Virus record (IMG/VR): IMGVR_UViG_3300037485_001282 | Span: 79,702 to 143,701 of that record | DNA: 64,000 nt | Strand: one strand, 5' to 3' | Source of the DNA: a virus | Shown: one piece after another, positions 8,685 to 17,851 of the stretch | How positions within the stretch are numbered: the first letter of the stretch is position 1 | Layout of the letters: every line of letters starts with the position of its first letter | Made by a program: the position numbers and the translations under genes | The notes under the pieces: model-generated | Seen by the model: the letters and a program-made list of their open reading frames with translations, nothing else | Databases searched by the model: none | What the model was told of the DNA's origin: nothing

Positions 8685-10340
8685 AGTTGCTTATTATCCG
8701 ATGCGACCTCGTTTGCTTTATATGGTAAAGTAATGCGAGGAGCTAAAGTTACTAAGGATCTTATAGTAAATAAGTTTAATAAAAAAGACTGCGTAGTTAA
8801 GTTAAATTTACTTATCGATGGGGAACCTTATAAAATTGTTCGTTCAATTAAACCAACGGAACTTAAAGTTTATTTTGGTGAATCGCAAGAAGAAATGAAA
8901 TTCGATTCAATGGCGCATACTCAAGAGTGGCTAGAAAAGAAACTTGGTATTTCTCATTTATGCTTTAATAATATAATCGTTCTTAACGTTGCTTCTTCAG
9001 TTCCTTTCTTAGATATGGACGCTGCTAAAAAGAGAGAAGTAATAGAAAATGTTCTTCAATTAAATTCTTATTCTAAAATGGCAAATATGGCTAAAGATTT
9101 TTACTTAGATCTAAAGACAAATATAAAAGTCTATGATACCGAATACAAATCATCTTTAAGAGACTTGGAAACTGCTAAAGGAACTCAGGAGAAACTATTA
9201 AAGGAACAAATGGAATTCGATAGTAGAAAAAAAGTTGCTACCGATAGAATTAAAAATCAAATCGAAGCTACTTCTAAGGAACTTGAAGAAACTAAGGTAA
9301 AGATAGTAAATAAAGATTACAATGAGAAAATAACGGAACTCCAAGGAACTAGAGATAAATTAATTTCGGAAATTAATAACTGCCAGAATAAAATAAACTT
9401 AAGTAAATCTGATTTAGATAATAGTAACGCTGCTATTAAGAGATTAGTCGAGAAACCATATTGTCCAACTTGTCATACTCCTACCGATAATCCACTTATA
9501 GTTGACTTTTTAAATTCTCTAAAAGACAAAGTATCTAAAAATACTTCAATTATAGAAGAACAGAATAACCTAAAGGAAACTAATAGAACTAAAGTTACTA
9601 AGATAGAAGAAACTATAAGTAAAGCGAAGACAATAATTAACGATCAGATACGTTTAAAGCAGCGAGTAGGAATATTAACTTCTCAACTTGAATCTTTTAA
9701 TAAGGAACTCACAACAGAAAATTCTAGAGAGTTTTCAGTTAATGTTATATCAAACGATGATATTAAGTTATTAGAAGAAAAGGTTAAGCAGAAAGAGAAA
9801 ATATTAGATACCGCTAATACTGATTTCAAGCACTATGAAGTTATTAGAAACATATTGGGAGAAGAGGGTCTTAGAAAATTCGTAGTTTCTAAAATTCTTC
9901 CATTATTTAATACCAAGTTAAATGAGTATTTAAAGATTCTTGGATCTGAATATACGGTTGCTTTTAATATGAACTTAGAAGAAAAGATAATGAACTGCAT
10001 TAAAGAAGAAAGACCATATTCTTCATTTTCTAGTGGAGAAAAGAAGCGAATAGATCTCAGTGTATTATTGTCACTAATGGATATTTCTAGATTGCAGAAC
10101 TCGGTAGATACTAATATTTTAGTTCTTGATGAAGTTCTAGATACTAGTATGTGTTCCGATGGTGTTGAAAATTTCTTAGAACATCTTAAAGAAGGATTTA
10201 AACAAGCTTATCCAGATAAGTGCGTTTATGTAATTTCTCATAGAAAAGAAATTTCGAACGATGTCTTTGATAGAAAAATTTCGTTAATTAAGAGAAAAGG
10301 ATTTACTGAAATCGAATCAATTACTGAATTTTCTCGCTAG
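8316..10340 (+). CDS. gp46: Split-intein C-half (123 aa) + gp46 C-terminal fragment
   Basis: LYDIQV...YYSNGILSHN|SCLLSDA..FALYGK; zinc hook CPTC; signature FSSGEKKR; Walker B LVLDEVLD; H-loop VISH. Confidence 0.95.
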   Translation: MKTTIGTINDFYEKFPEYKGKISVKTPYGFKKILEAKITDYSVPMELVTESGKQIVGSKKHLVKNADDQWVTLSDYKIDDLIKTESGIEKITSLKSLQVAEYLYDIQVAEVEQYYSNGILSHNSCLLSDATSFALYGKVMRGAKVTKDLIVNKFNKKDCVVKLNLLIDGEPYKIVRSIKPTELKVYFGESQEEMKFDSMAHTQEWLEKKLGISHLCFNNIIVLNVASSVPFLDMDAAKKREVIENVLQLNSYSKMANMAKDFYLDLKTNIKVYDTEYKSSLRDLETAKGTQEKLLKEQMEFDSRKKVATDRIKNQIEATSKELEETKVKIVNKDYNEKITELQGTRDKLISEINNCQNKINLSKSDLDNSNAAIKRLVEKPYCPTCHTPTDNPLIVDFLNSLKDKVSKNTSIIEEQNNLKETNRTKVTKIEETISKAKTIINDQIRLKQRVGILTSQLESFNKELTTENSREFSVNVISNDDIKLLEEKVKQKEKILDTANTDFKHYEVIRNILGEEGLRKFVVSKILPLFNTKLNEYLKILGSEYTVAFNMNLEEKIMNCIKEERPYSSFSSGEKKRIDLSVLLSLMDISRLQNSVDTNILVLDEVLDTSMCSDGVENFLEHLKEGFKQAYPDKCVYVISHRKEISNDVFDRKISLIKRKGFTEIESITEFSR

Positions 10341-12558
10341 ATTGAAGTTTCCTAAGAAGGCTTAATATTTTTTCTGAATTATAATAATGAGTAGTACCGT
10401 AGAATTGATTTAAAATTTCTTTATTTTCTATCGGTTTGTTGTTTATCATAAAATCTTTTATTACCAAATATGGTCCATCGTAATATTGCGAGAGGACCAT
10501 TTTTGTTCCTTCTCTGAATTTATTAATTAGATCATAGTCAATTTCAATATCATTTGAGTTGAAATCTAATTTCTTTGTATAGTAAATCATTAAACTTTTA
10601 AAACTATTTAAAACTTCAGCGTATTGGCGTAATAAACCAATCTTATCTGAATTTTTAGCAATTAATTTATCTAAAATTTGAACTCGTCTAAAAATTCTAT
10701 TGATACTCCAATACTTTCTTCTCGTTTCGTCCTTTAAGTTTTCTTTCAATAAACTAACCATTTGGTCCATTTCTTCGTCGATACTAACCGCATAAGAATC
10801 AGCCATTATAGATAATCGTTTGTTTGAACCACCTGCTTTTGTTTTTCTTTCTGATGGATCTTTTCTTCTCATTTCTTTTTGTTTGAATGAAATTATTCCA
10901 TAACTTTCATTATTTTCGTCTGTTAACTGAAGAATAAACTGATTTACTTTCTTCGGTCTTCCCATTACACTCTTGCCAGTTCTCTTGGCTTGTCTCTTTT
11001 TATAAATTTCATAATCAGAATCATCATTTATATCCAATACAGACGCTTTGATGTTACGTGAACGCATGTATTCGGATATTAAAGTACTAAAAACTCTAAT
11101 CTTACCCTTATCCTGCGCTATAGACACTAGAGTAGAATCTTCGTGTCCATGTGCGTACATGTCAATAATAGTAAAAATAAACTTTATTAACTTATCGTTG
11201 CTTGTAAATTCTATGGATTGAAAATATGATTTCATATTATCCATCAATAACGAGGAATCACAAATAATTGCTTCACCAGTTGGCGATGGTTTAAAAATTT
11301 CGTCCCATTTCAATGCCGAAAAATCTAAACCAGATTGCTCAAATATCCATTTTAAATTACTTCTATTTTCTTCATTGAAAACAAAAGTAGCTACATCGGT
11401 TCTATTGGATGCTTTTAGTGAAAAATTATAAACTTTCGAAGTTTTAACTCCGTTTCTTGAAAGTGCTTCAAATTCAATTAACTTAATTTCAGCATCTTTC
11501 TTAATTTTACCAGCCAATTCAGGATCGAAAGCACCTAAGTCACCTGTGGAAGAAATTTTCAAATCAATAATATCAATTTCGCCATTATTAGCTAAATGTT
11601 CTAAATATTCTCTGGATTCAATGATCTCTGGAATATTTACTAATTGTTCCAAGTATGTTTCAATCATAGAAAAAAGATCGCTAAACTCTGGTCTTGAGTG
11701 ATCGTTTAAAATAGTTCTAATATCATCTAGTAACTCTGGAGTGTGGCTTAACTTTAATGAAACTTTAATGTCATCTTTGCTATCTGTTACTTTAAAGGAT
11801 ACTTCGTTACTTTCATTTAACTTACTAGGGACTACAACGAAACTAAAAAGAGCAGAGATTCCACCTTGTCCCCTTAGTGATCCTTTAGTTTCAGTAACTA
11901 CTATTTCTGGATTATTTAGTGACTCTCTTTTACTAGCAGCGTTAACTCTAATATACTGTCTAGCAGAACCTTCGGTCTTTTCCTCTGTAGGTAAATGATG
12001 AGATGCTCTGAACATTTTAGCATAGTAATATACTTTGTTACCATTAATTTCATCTTCGCCTTCAGTAGTAAACTTCTGAGGATCCTCTGAATTTTTATTA
12101 ACATTGAAATCTTTTAAAACTTTATTCTTAATGTCATTTATTTTCTCCGTAATTCCCAATTTCTCATAGTACTTTTCTGATTGAGTTTCACTATAAAATA
12201 ATTTATGCTCAAATGTGTCACTCTTAGGTTTAATTTCCTTAGTGGAAGATGTTCTTTTTTGAAGGTCGATCTGTTTAGTTAGAAATATTGCATTTTGGTC
12301 ACTAATTTTACTATCGTAAACTACTATTTCCTTTGCTTCGTTATTACATACATAAGTTAATCCATTAAGAATATCATTAGATGATGTTTCCTCAGATACA
12401 AAGAAATCAGCTATACATATAGGAAACACTAGTTCACTAGCGCCACCCATAAAGTTCCTATGAGTTTTAAGTAATTCCTCATTTTCAAAAATTTTAGTTT
12501 TACTTAAATGGTAAATCTCGTTAATCTTAGTTAAGAAAGTATCTCTGTAATTTTTCAT
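10321..12558 (-). CDS. Hypothetical 745-aa protein, possible PD-(D/E)XK-like nuclease fold
   Basis: Long ORF with AAGGA RBS and GATAAATA late-like promoter; weak K.D....SLK motif. Confidence 0.55.
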   Translation of the reverse strand: MKNYRDTFLTKINEIYHLSKTKIFENEELLKTHRNFMGGASELVFPICIADFFVSEETSSNDILNGLTYVCNNEAKEIVVYDSKISDQNAIFLTKQIDLQKRTSSTKEIKPKSDTFEHKLFYSETQSEKYYEKLGITEKINDIKNKVLKDFNVNKNSEDPQKFTTEGEDEINGNKVYYYAKMFRASHHLPTEEKTEGSARQYIRVNAASKRESLNNPEIVVTETKGSLRGQGGISALFSFVVVPSKLNESNEVSFKVTDSKDDIKVSLKLSHTPELLDDIRTILNDHSRPEFSDLFSMIETYLEQLVNIPEIIESREYLEHLANNGEIDIIDLKISSTGDLGAFDPELAGKIKKDAEIKLIEFEALSRNGVKTSKVYNFSLKASNRTDVATFVFNEENRSNLKWIFEQSGLDFSALKWDEIFKPSPTGEAIICDSSLLMDNMKSYFQSIEFTSNDKLIKFIFTIIDMYAHGHEDSTLVSIAQDKGKIRVFSTLISEYMRSRNIKASVLDINDDSDYEIYKKRQAKRTGKSVMGRPKKVNQFILQLTDENNESYGIISFKQKEMRRKDPSERKTKAGGSNKRLSIMADSYAVSIDEEMDQMVSLLKENLKDETRRKYWSINRIFRRVQILDKLIAKNSDKIGLLRQYAEVLNSFKSLMIYYTKKLDFNSNDIEIDYDLINKFREGTKMVLSQYYDGPYLVIKDFMINNKPIENKEILNQFYGTTHYYNSEKILSLLRKLQSSEKIQ

Positions 12559-12590
12559 GAGCTATAGTTCCTTGTCTTATTTATCATTTT

Positions 12591-12773
12591 AGTAACTATG
12601 TATTTTACCCATTATCCATTCTCAACCACTCAGTTACTTTAGTTACTTTAGTTAATTTTAATTTCATAAACTTATGATTGTAAATATGTAGTTACTTTAG
12701 TTACTATTAGTTACTCTGTAGTATGTTTAATTTTGGTTTCTTCTAATAGTAACTGAGCTACTATTAAGTAACT
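12591..12773. repeat. Cluster of eight AGT(A/T)ACT heptamers in a 500-bp non-coding gap (iteron-like)
   Basis: Copies at 12591, 12632, 12641, 12690, 12699, 12709, 12748, 12767 plus near matches. Confidence 0.75.
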
Positions 12774-13061
12774 ATACACTTTTCCTAAGTTGCTTTGCGA
12801 AATTTCATTATATATTATCTTTATGTAGTTGACTTGTTCTGCGTCTTATAACCATTAAAGATATTAGGTTATAGTCTGAGCTTGGTTGTGCTTACATTAC
12901 TGTAAGACAATATAGGAGGTTATTAGCCTAACTCTTCAGTTCACTAGGAAAGTCGATCCCGTGCCTATACCTTTGAATCCTTTTCTCTAAAGGAACTCCC
13001 TTTTCTGGGCTTAAAAATATTCACTAAACTTTATACTCCCTAGTGACTAAGAGTTTTATTT

Positions 13062-14156
13062 TTAATCTACACCAATCTCAATAGGTAAATTTGAATTATA
13101 TTTTTTATTAACATCAGTAAAAATTAAGGCTAACCATTTCCTTTCAGGTCCATAGAAAGAAGCGGTTGTAGTTCTAAAATAAGGAAATCTATTTCTCCAC
13201 TTTTTGAATAATTTAGTTCCTTGAGTCAAATATGCTTTTTGGTTAACTTCATTTAATAAATTCTTTTGTCCGTCTGATAAATGGAAACAATCAGCATCTA
13301 TAGCAAAATTTTTATATCCTTGATTTATACAATTTAAGCAAATATCAGCACCATAGAAGTGATAATGATCGAAAGTTACTTCATCAAATAAAATATTTAA
13401 ATTAGAACTACAAGCCAATACACATTCATCTAGTGTCTGAACCTCTTTATATGCTCCATTATTTTGGCGCATTATCTGAGCATAAGAAATTTCTTTTCCA
13501 TTATATGTAGTAGCCGTATTAGACAAATAGATAGCACCAGATTCAGTAAATACACCCATGTTGCTTTTACTAGTTCCAGCTATCCCAAGAAATCCTATCT
13601 TCATTCCAGTAGTTTCAAATTTAATAAAGTGACTATAAATTTTCTGAAGCCAATTAGTAGGAACTATTAGATCCTGATGGCAAAATAATAGATACTCAGA
13701 GTTACTTAAGGATCTACCGAAGTTAAGCATCTCAGCGGAACTATTAAATTCATTATTAAAATTAAAAATACTGATTATCTCAAAAGTTACGTTAGTCTCT
13801 TGGTTTCTTAAAGAATTTAAAAAGCCAATATATTGTTCCTTATTGTTGATAGGAACTATAATTGAAAATTTGGTTCTATTAAGTTTCTTAAGATACTTAG
13901 ATTTGCTAAAAGGAACTGAAATATCGATAGCATTTAGTTCATCTAAAGCAACTTGAAGTATCTTAGAATTTTCTTCGTTATTATTCATTTTATTAATTTC
14001 ATTTATTATATTCTCGTTTTTTATAATTTCTTTTAAACCATTATAATATGCAAGTTCAAAATTTCCAGTTATTTTTTCCCCAGGTCGAATAAAGTGCTTT
14101 TTCCCCTGATGAATTACAGAGATTCCTCGTTTTGTGATGTTTTTAAATATTGGCAT
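13062..14156 (-). CDS. GT-A fold (GT2-like) glycosyltransferase with N-terminal extension
   Basis: FSIIVP, YLLFCHQDL, LDECVL, FDHYHFYGADICL. Confidence 0.8.
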   Translation of the reverse strand: MPIFKNITKRGISVIHQGKKHFIRPGEKITGNFELAYYNGLKEIIKNENIINEINKMNNNEENSKILQVALDELNAIDISVPFSKSKYLKKLNRTKFSIIVPINNKEQYIGFLNSLRNQETNVTFEIISIFNFNNEFNSSAEMLNFGRSLSNSEYLLFCHQDLIVPTNWLQKIYSHFIKFETTGMKIGFLGIAGTSKSNMGVFTESGAIYLSNTATTYNGKEISYAQIMRQNNGAYKEVQTLDECVLACSSNLNILFDEVTFDHYHFYGADICLNCINQGYKNFAIDADCFHLSDGQKNLLNEVNQKAYLTQGTKLFKKWRNRFPYFRTTTASFYGPERKWLALIFTDVNKKYNSNLPIEIGVD

Positions 14157-14176
14157 TTTATTTCTAGAAAAATAGT

Positions 14177-15616
14177 TTAGATCGGAATTTCAAAAATCTT
14201 AAAAGGAAATTCGTTCTTCTTATAGTAGCTTATTCGATGCCATAAATGCTTTTCGGATAGATTTAGGTTCTCAGTTATATCATATAATTGAAGTTTATTT
14301 TTAGTAATATGCATTCTTAAACCACGACCAACCGATTGAAGAGTCTGGATTTTTGATTTTCCAGCAGCCCCGAAGATTACCACATGAAGCCTATTAATAG
14401 AAATTCCAGTAGAGAAAACACCAGTAGTGGCTACAGTAATTATTCCGCTTTCTTCATTCATCTTATGTCGAATACCAGATCTTAGATCCTTTTCAGTATC
14501 TCCACATATAAAGTTGCATTTACACCCAGATTCTTCTAAGATTTTTAAAAGAGTTTTACCGTGATCTACTCTTCTCACTAAAATTAAAATATTTTCGTTT
14601 TTATTTGCGTGTTTCTTCGCTATGTTACAAATAGCCAAGTTTCTTTTCTTATCATCTATCAAAAATTGCTTCTGATCAGCATACTCTTTTACATTAATAG
14701 CATCTAGTATCTCGTTCTTATACAGGAATTTAACTATAGAAATGTTAATATCCGAGATTTGCTTTAATTTGATTAGATCCTTAGCAAATACTTGGTCAAC
14801 TACTGGACCCAAAGCACCCTCAACTGACCAATAGTTACATTTATGGTCTGGCATAGTTCCTGTAGTTCCTATTTTGTACTCAGCGTTAATTGAATACTCA
14901 GAAACTTTTTTAATTTCATCCGATTTAACTCCATGACACTCATCAACAAACAAAGCAAAGCACTGTTCAAGTAAATCTTTTTTATCGTATATTGATTGCC
15001 AAGTACTTATAGTTACTTGAGTCTTAAAGTTCTTCTCTTTCCCATAAAAATTACCTAATATTTCCTCTTTCATCCCATAAGAAACTAAATCTTCCCTCAT
15101 CTGGGAAATTAAGTCAATCGTAGGGACTATAAGAATTATTTTCTTTCCAGGATTCTTATGAACTAGGTAGTTTATCATAAGGAAAATAGAAAGTGACTTA
15201 CCAGATCCTGTACAATGTTCTAAAATGGCTCTCCTCTTATAAAGAGCCTTCAAAGAACCTCTGATTTGATACTCTCTCGGTATCATCTCTGGATTAATGT
15301 TACTCTCAGTTATATCATTAAATTCCTTTATAAAAGAAACTTGATCTACTTTAGGAGCTATTAATTTAGGATCTATTTTAGGTTTATCTTCTTCATCTTT
15401 AAAGTAATTGATGATCTTTTGAAGATGACCCAGTTCAAATAGACCATTCCGCTTAACAAAAAGAATATTACCATCCCATTGCCCAGCTTTGTACTTCGGC
15501 ATAAACTGATAATTTTCAGCCTTAATGGAAAATCTTCTAATAATGCCACTCATTATTAAAGCATCATCAGATAATATTCGACCGTGAGTATTATTAACTT
15601 TTAAAATTTCTATCAT
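14177..15616 (-). CDS. uvsW: SF2 DNA helicase UvsW
   Basis: PREYQ, CTGSGKS, VDECH, GTTGT, FSTGISI, QSVGRGLR; N-terminal FMPKYKAGQWDG. Confidence 0.93.
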   Translation of the reverse strand: MIEILKVNNTHGRILSDDALIMSGIIRRFSIKAENYQFMPKYKAGQWDGNILFVKRNGLFELGHLQKIINYFKDEEDKPKIDPKLIAPKVDQVSFIKEFNDITESNINPEMIPREYQIRGSLKALYKRRAILEHCTGSGKSLSIFLMINYLVHKNPGKKIILIVPTIDLISQMREDLVSYGMKEEILGNFYGKEKNFKTQVTISTWQSIYDKKDLLEQCFALFVDECHGVKSDEIKKVSEYSINAEYKIGTTGTMPDHKCNYWSVEGALGPVVDQVFAKDLIKLKQISDINISIVKFLYKNEILDAINVKEYADQKQFLIDDKKRNLAICNIAKKHANKNENILILVRRVDHGKTLLKILEESGCKCNFICGDTEKDLRSGIRHKMNEESGIITVATTGVFSTGISINRLHVVIFGAAGKSKIQTLQSVGRGLRMHITKNKLQLYDITENLNLSEKHLWHRISYYKKNEFPFKIFEIPI

Positions 15617-16068
15617 TTCATTCCCAGCGTAAGTTTATGGTATTCACGCAGTTCCTTTAAACTATATATAGTCTTATGCAACGAATCGTACTTTTTAGTT
15701 AATAAATTAACTACGTCTTCCTGATAGTCAAAAGCAGTTTTAATCTTTACCCAGTTTTCATTTTTATAAACATATTGCTCTAAATCTCCTTTTTTAAGCG
15801 CCATTCCATTTTTAAACTTTAGATCATGAGTTATGTTACCTTTAATTTCTTCTTTTTTTAACGTTAGCGCCTTTAAAAGTAACTTCTCGGTACTCAATAA
15901 ACATAGACACTCACCTATTTCCTTAAAGTTCCTTAGATACTCTGATTTTAGATCCATCTCGTTAATAGGATGGTCATACATAGCAATATACTCCTGAGAT
16001 TTTAACTCGAAGTATGCGTCAATTTCATCTAAAGTTGATTCAGTAACTTGTAATAGACTCATTTCCAA
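15613..16068 (-). CDS. uvsY: UvsY-like recombination mediator
   Basis: Helical, 151 aa, adjacent to uvsW; LKKGDLEQYV...YQEDVV.LL motif. Confidence 0.6.
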   Translation of the reverse strand: MEMSLLQVTESTLDEIDAYFELKSQEYIAMYDHPINEMDLKSEYLRNFKEIGECLCLLSTEKLLLKALTLKKEEIKGNITHDLKFKNGMALKKGDLEQYVYKNENWVKIKTAFDYQEDVVNLLTKKYDSLHKTIYSLKELREYHKLTLGMK

Positions 16069-16532
16069 ACCCGATCAAAGTTCTGTAAGTAACTAACTAC
16101 CTTCAGTTTACTAGCAAGAGAATCAAGTAACTTATCAAAGTATTCACAAATTATTTCTTGGTAATCTTTGAAAATTTTTATTTTCTGATAGTTTATGTTG
16201 GTGTAGATCCATTCCTTTATTTCATATTCGCTACTAAATGTTCTACTAACTTCTTTTCCGTCTGGTCTAGTAACTATTACTCTCCCTTCCTTTGCCTTCG
16301 TGTATAGCGAAGTATAAAGTTTCTGGGTTTCTCTGGTTATTTTAACTAAAGCAGTTTTCGCTTTCATCCACTCAGATCTAACTGAATGGAGTTTATATAT
16401 CGTAGCGACATATTCTCCGCTGATTTCATTTTGGTCGATTATGAATAGACTCTCATATTTACTATGAAGGGCTTCTATTTTTTCCTCGAAAAACTTTTGT
16501 ATTTCCTCAAATGATTTACTTGATAAATTCAT
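16059..16532 (-). CDS. Second UvsY-like protein
   Basis: C-terminal half aligns with the downstream uvsY-like ORF (KIK...DYQE.........DSL). Confidence 0.5.
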   Translation of the reverse strand: MNLSSKSFEEIQKFFEEKIEALHSKYESLFIIDQNEISGEYVATIYKLHSVRSEWMKAKTALVKITRETQKLYTSLYTKAKEGRVIVTRPDGKEVSRTFSSEYEIKEWIYTNINYQKIKIFKDYQEIICEYFDKLLDSLASKLKVVSYLQNFDRVWK

Positions 16533-16575
16533 TAAGATTTCCTATAATATGATTATATCAATTATGGGGGAATTT

Positions 16576-16935
16576 ATGTCAAATATAAACTTAAAGCTAG
16601 AAGAAGAGATTTTTAAAGTTGAGAAAGAAAAGGTTGACCCTTTAGAGAAGAATAAAATAATGGAGATACTTAATCTTTTAAAAAACATTGATCATGACCT
16701 TAAACCGATATTAAACATCATTCAAAGGTTTATAGATGAATCGGATGATCAGACACTGAACACTCTAATGATTATTAAATTATTAAAATTCTACGGGATT
16801 AATAATAAGGACATTCTGACTGTCAGACAAAAAATGCTTCTGGTTGACAGGGAATTAGTAAAGGTTCCATATTTGAAGAAGAATCAAGTCGAATGTATTA
16901 ATATTTTATTAAAATCCTTTAATTTTGACTTTTAA
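16576..16935 (+). CDS. Hypothetical protein
   Basis: TTGATA-N17-TATAAT promoter (16520-16548) and GGGG RBS favour ATG 16576. Confidence 0.65.
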   Translation: MSNINLKLEEEIFKVEKEKVDPLEKNKIMEILNLLKNIDHDLKPILNIIQRFIDESDDQTLNTLMIIKLLKFYGINNKDILTVRQKMLLVDRELVKVPYLKKNQVECINILLKSFNFDF

Positions 16936-16980
16936 GTACTAATTTTTATAAATATATAATTGAAAGTTAATGAGAGGTCT

Positions 16981-17820
16981 ATGGAAAAATTCAAAGATTT
17001 TTACGCCACCAATGATGATAAATCACTTTTTAAAAAAATTGATGTGGTGCTATTTTTGGGTGATTATGATCCTATTACTAAAGACGAATACAGTAGAATA
17101 AAACAATTCATATCTGAAGTAGTTAGAAGCCCAACACATATTTCAAAATTTTCCGAAAAAGTTGACGTTGGGTTGTTAATAAACTGTGAAAAGATAGACG
17201 CTAAACTAGAAACCAGAAACAATAATGATTTAAACTTTGAAGAAAAAAACTATATAACAACTAAAATATTCGGTTTAAAGTGTTATCCAGTCAATTTAGA
17301 CAAGTTGTTTATTTCTAGTCTTTTAGAAACAGATGATAGCGGGGATACCGAAAAGTATATTTCGGAAATTACAGATCAATTAAAAAAATATTTTCATAAA
17401 CAAAACATACTTATAGTATTAAGTCACACAGATAGAAACTTTGAAGAGGTATTGTTCAGAATAAAAGAAATAGTTTCTTCAGATAACATCAATATTGACT
17501 TTTTGATTTTTAACCATAAACCAGAGATTAATGAGCTAGGTCTTCCATTTGATGGAAAACTAATTAAGTCTGTGGTTTTGTTGGACTATGAAAAACCAAA
17601 TCCAGAAGACTTAAAGGCATTTTCAGCTAAAAATGGACTATTAGATTACGTTGACGAAATACGAAAAATACATTTTAAATCACTAGGTAATAATTATTCT
17701 TTAATTTTTGAGTTGCTTTTCCCTGACTTGCAGTTTTATGTAAACGAAAAAAGTGATACTAAAGAATCTAATTGTAAATTTTTAATGGATTTACTACGCA
17801 ATATGTATCTGAAAAAGTGA
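16981..17820 (+). CDS. Hypothetical late protein, degenerate nucleotidyltransferase-like N-terminus
   Basis: TATAAATA at 16947-16954, GAGG RBS; VVLFLGDYDPITKDEY resembles G.F.P.T.GH without the His. Confidence 0.55.
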   Translation: MEKFKDFYATNDDKSLFKKIDVVLFLGDYDPITKDEYSRIKQFISEVVRSPTHISKFSEKVDVGLLINCEKIDAKLETRNNNDLNFEEKNYITTKIFGLKCYPVNLDKLFISSLLETDDSGDTEKYISEITDQLKKYFHKQNILIVLSHTDRNFEEVLFRIKEIVSSDNINIDFLIFNHKPEINELGLPFDGKLIKSVVLLDYEKPNPEDLKAFSAKNGLLDYVDEIRKIHFKSLGNNYSLIFELLFPDLQFYVNEKSDTKESNCKFLMDLLRNMYLKK

Positions 17821-17851
17821 TTAACTTTATAAATAACTATTAATTCAGGAG

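Noticed and set aside
12591-12773. CRISPR mini-array
   Set aside because: Repeats are 7-10 bp with no spacer-length unique sequences.
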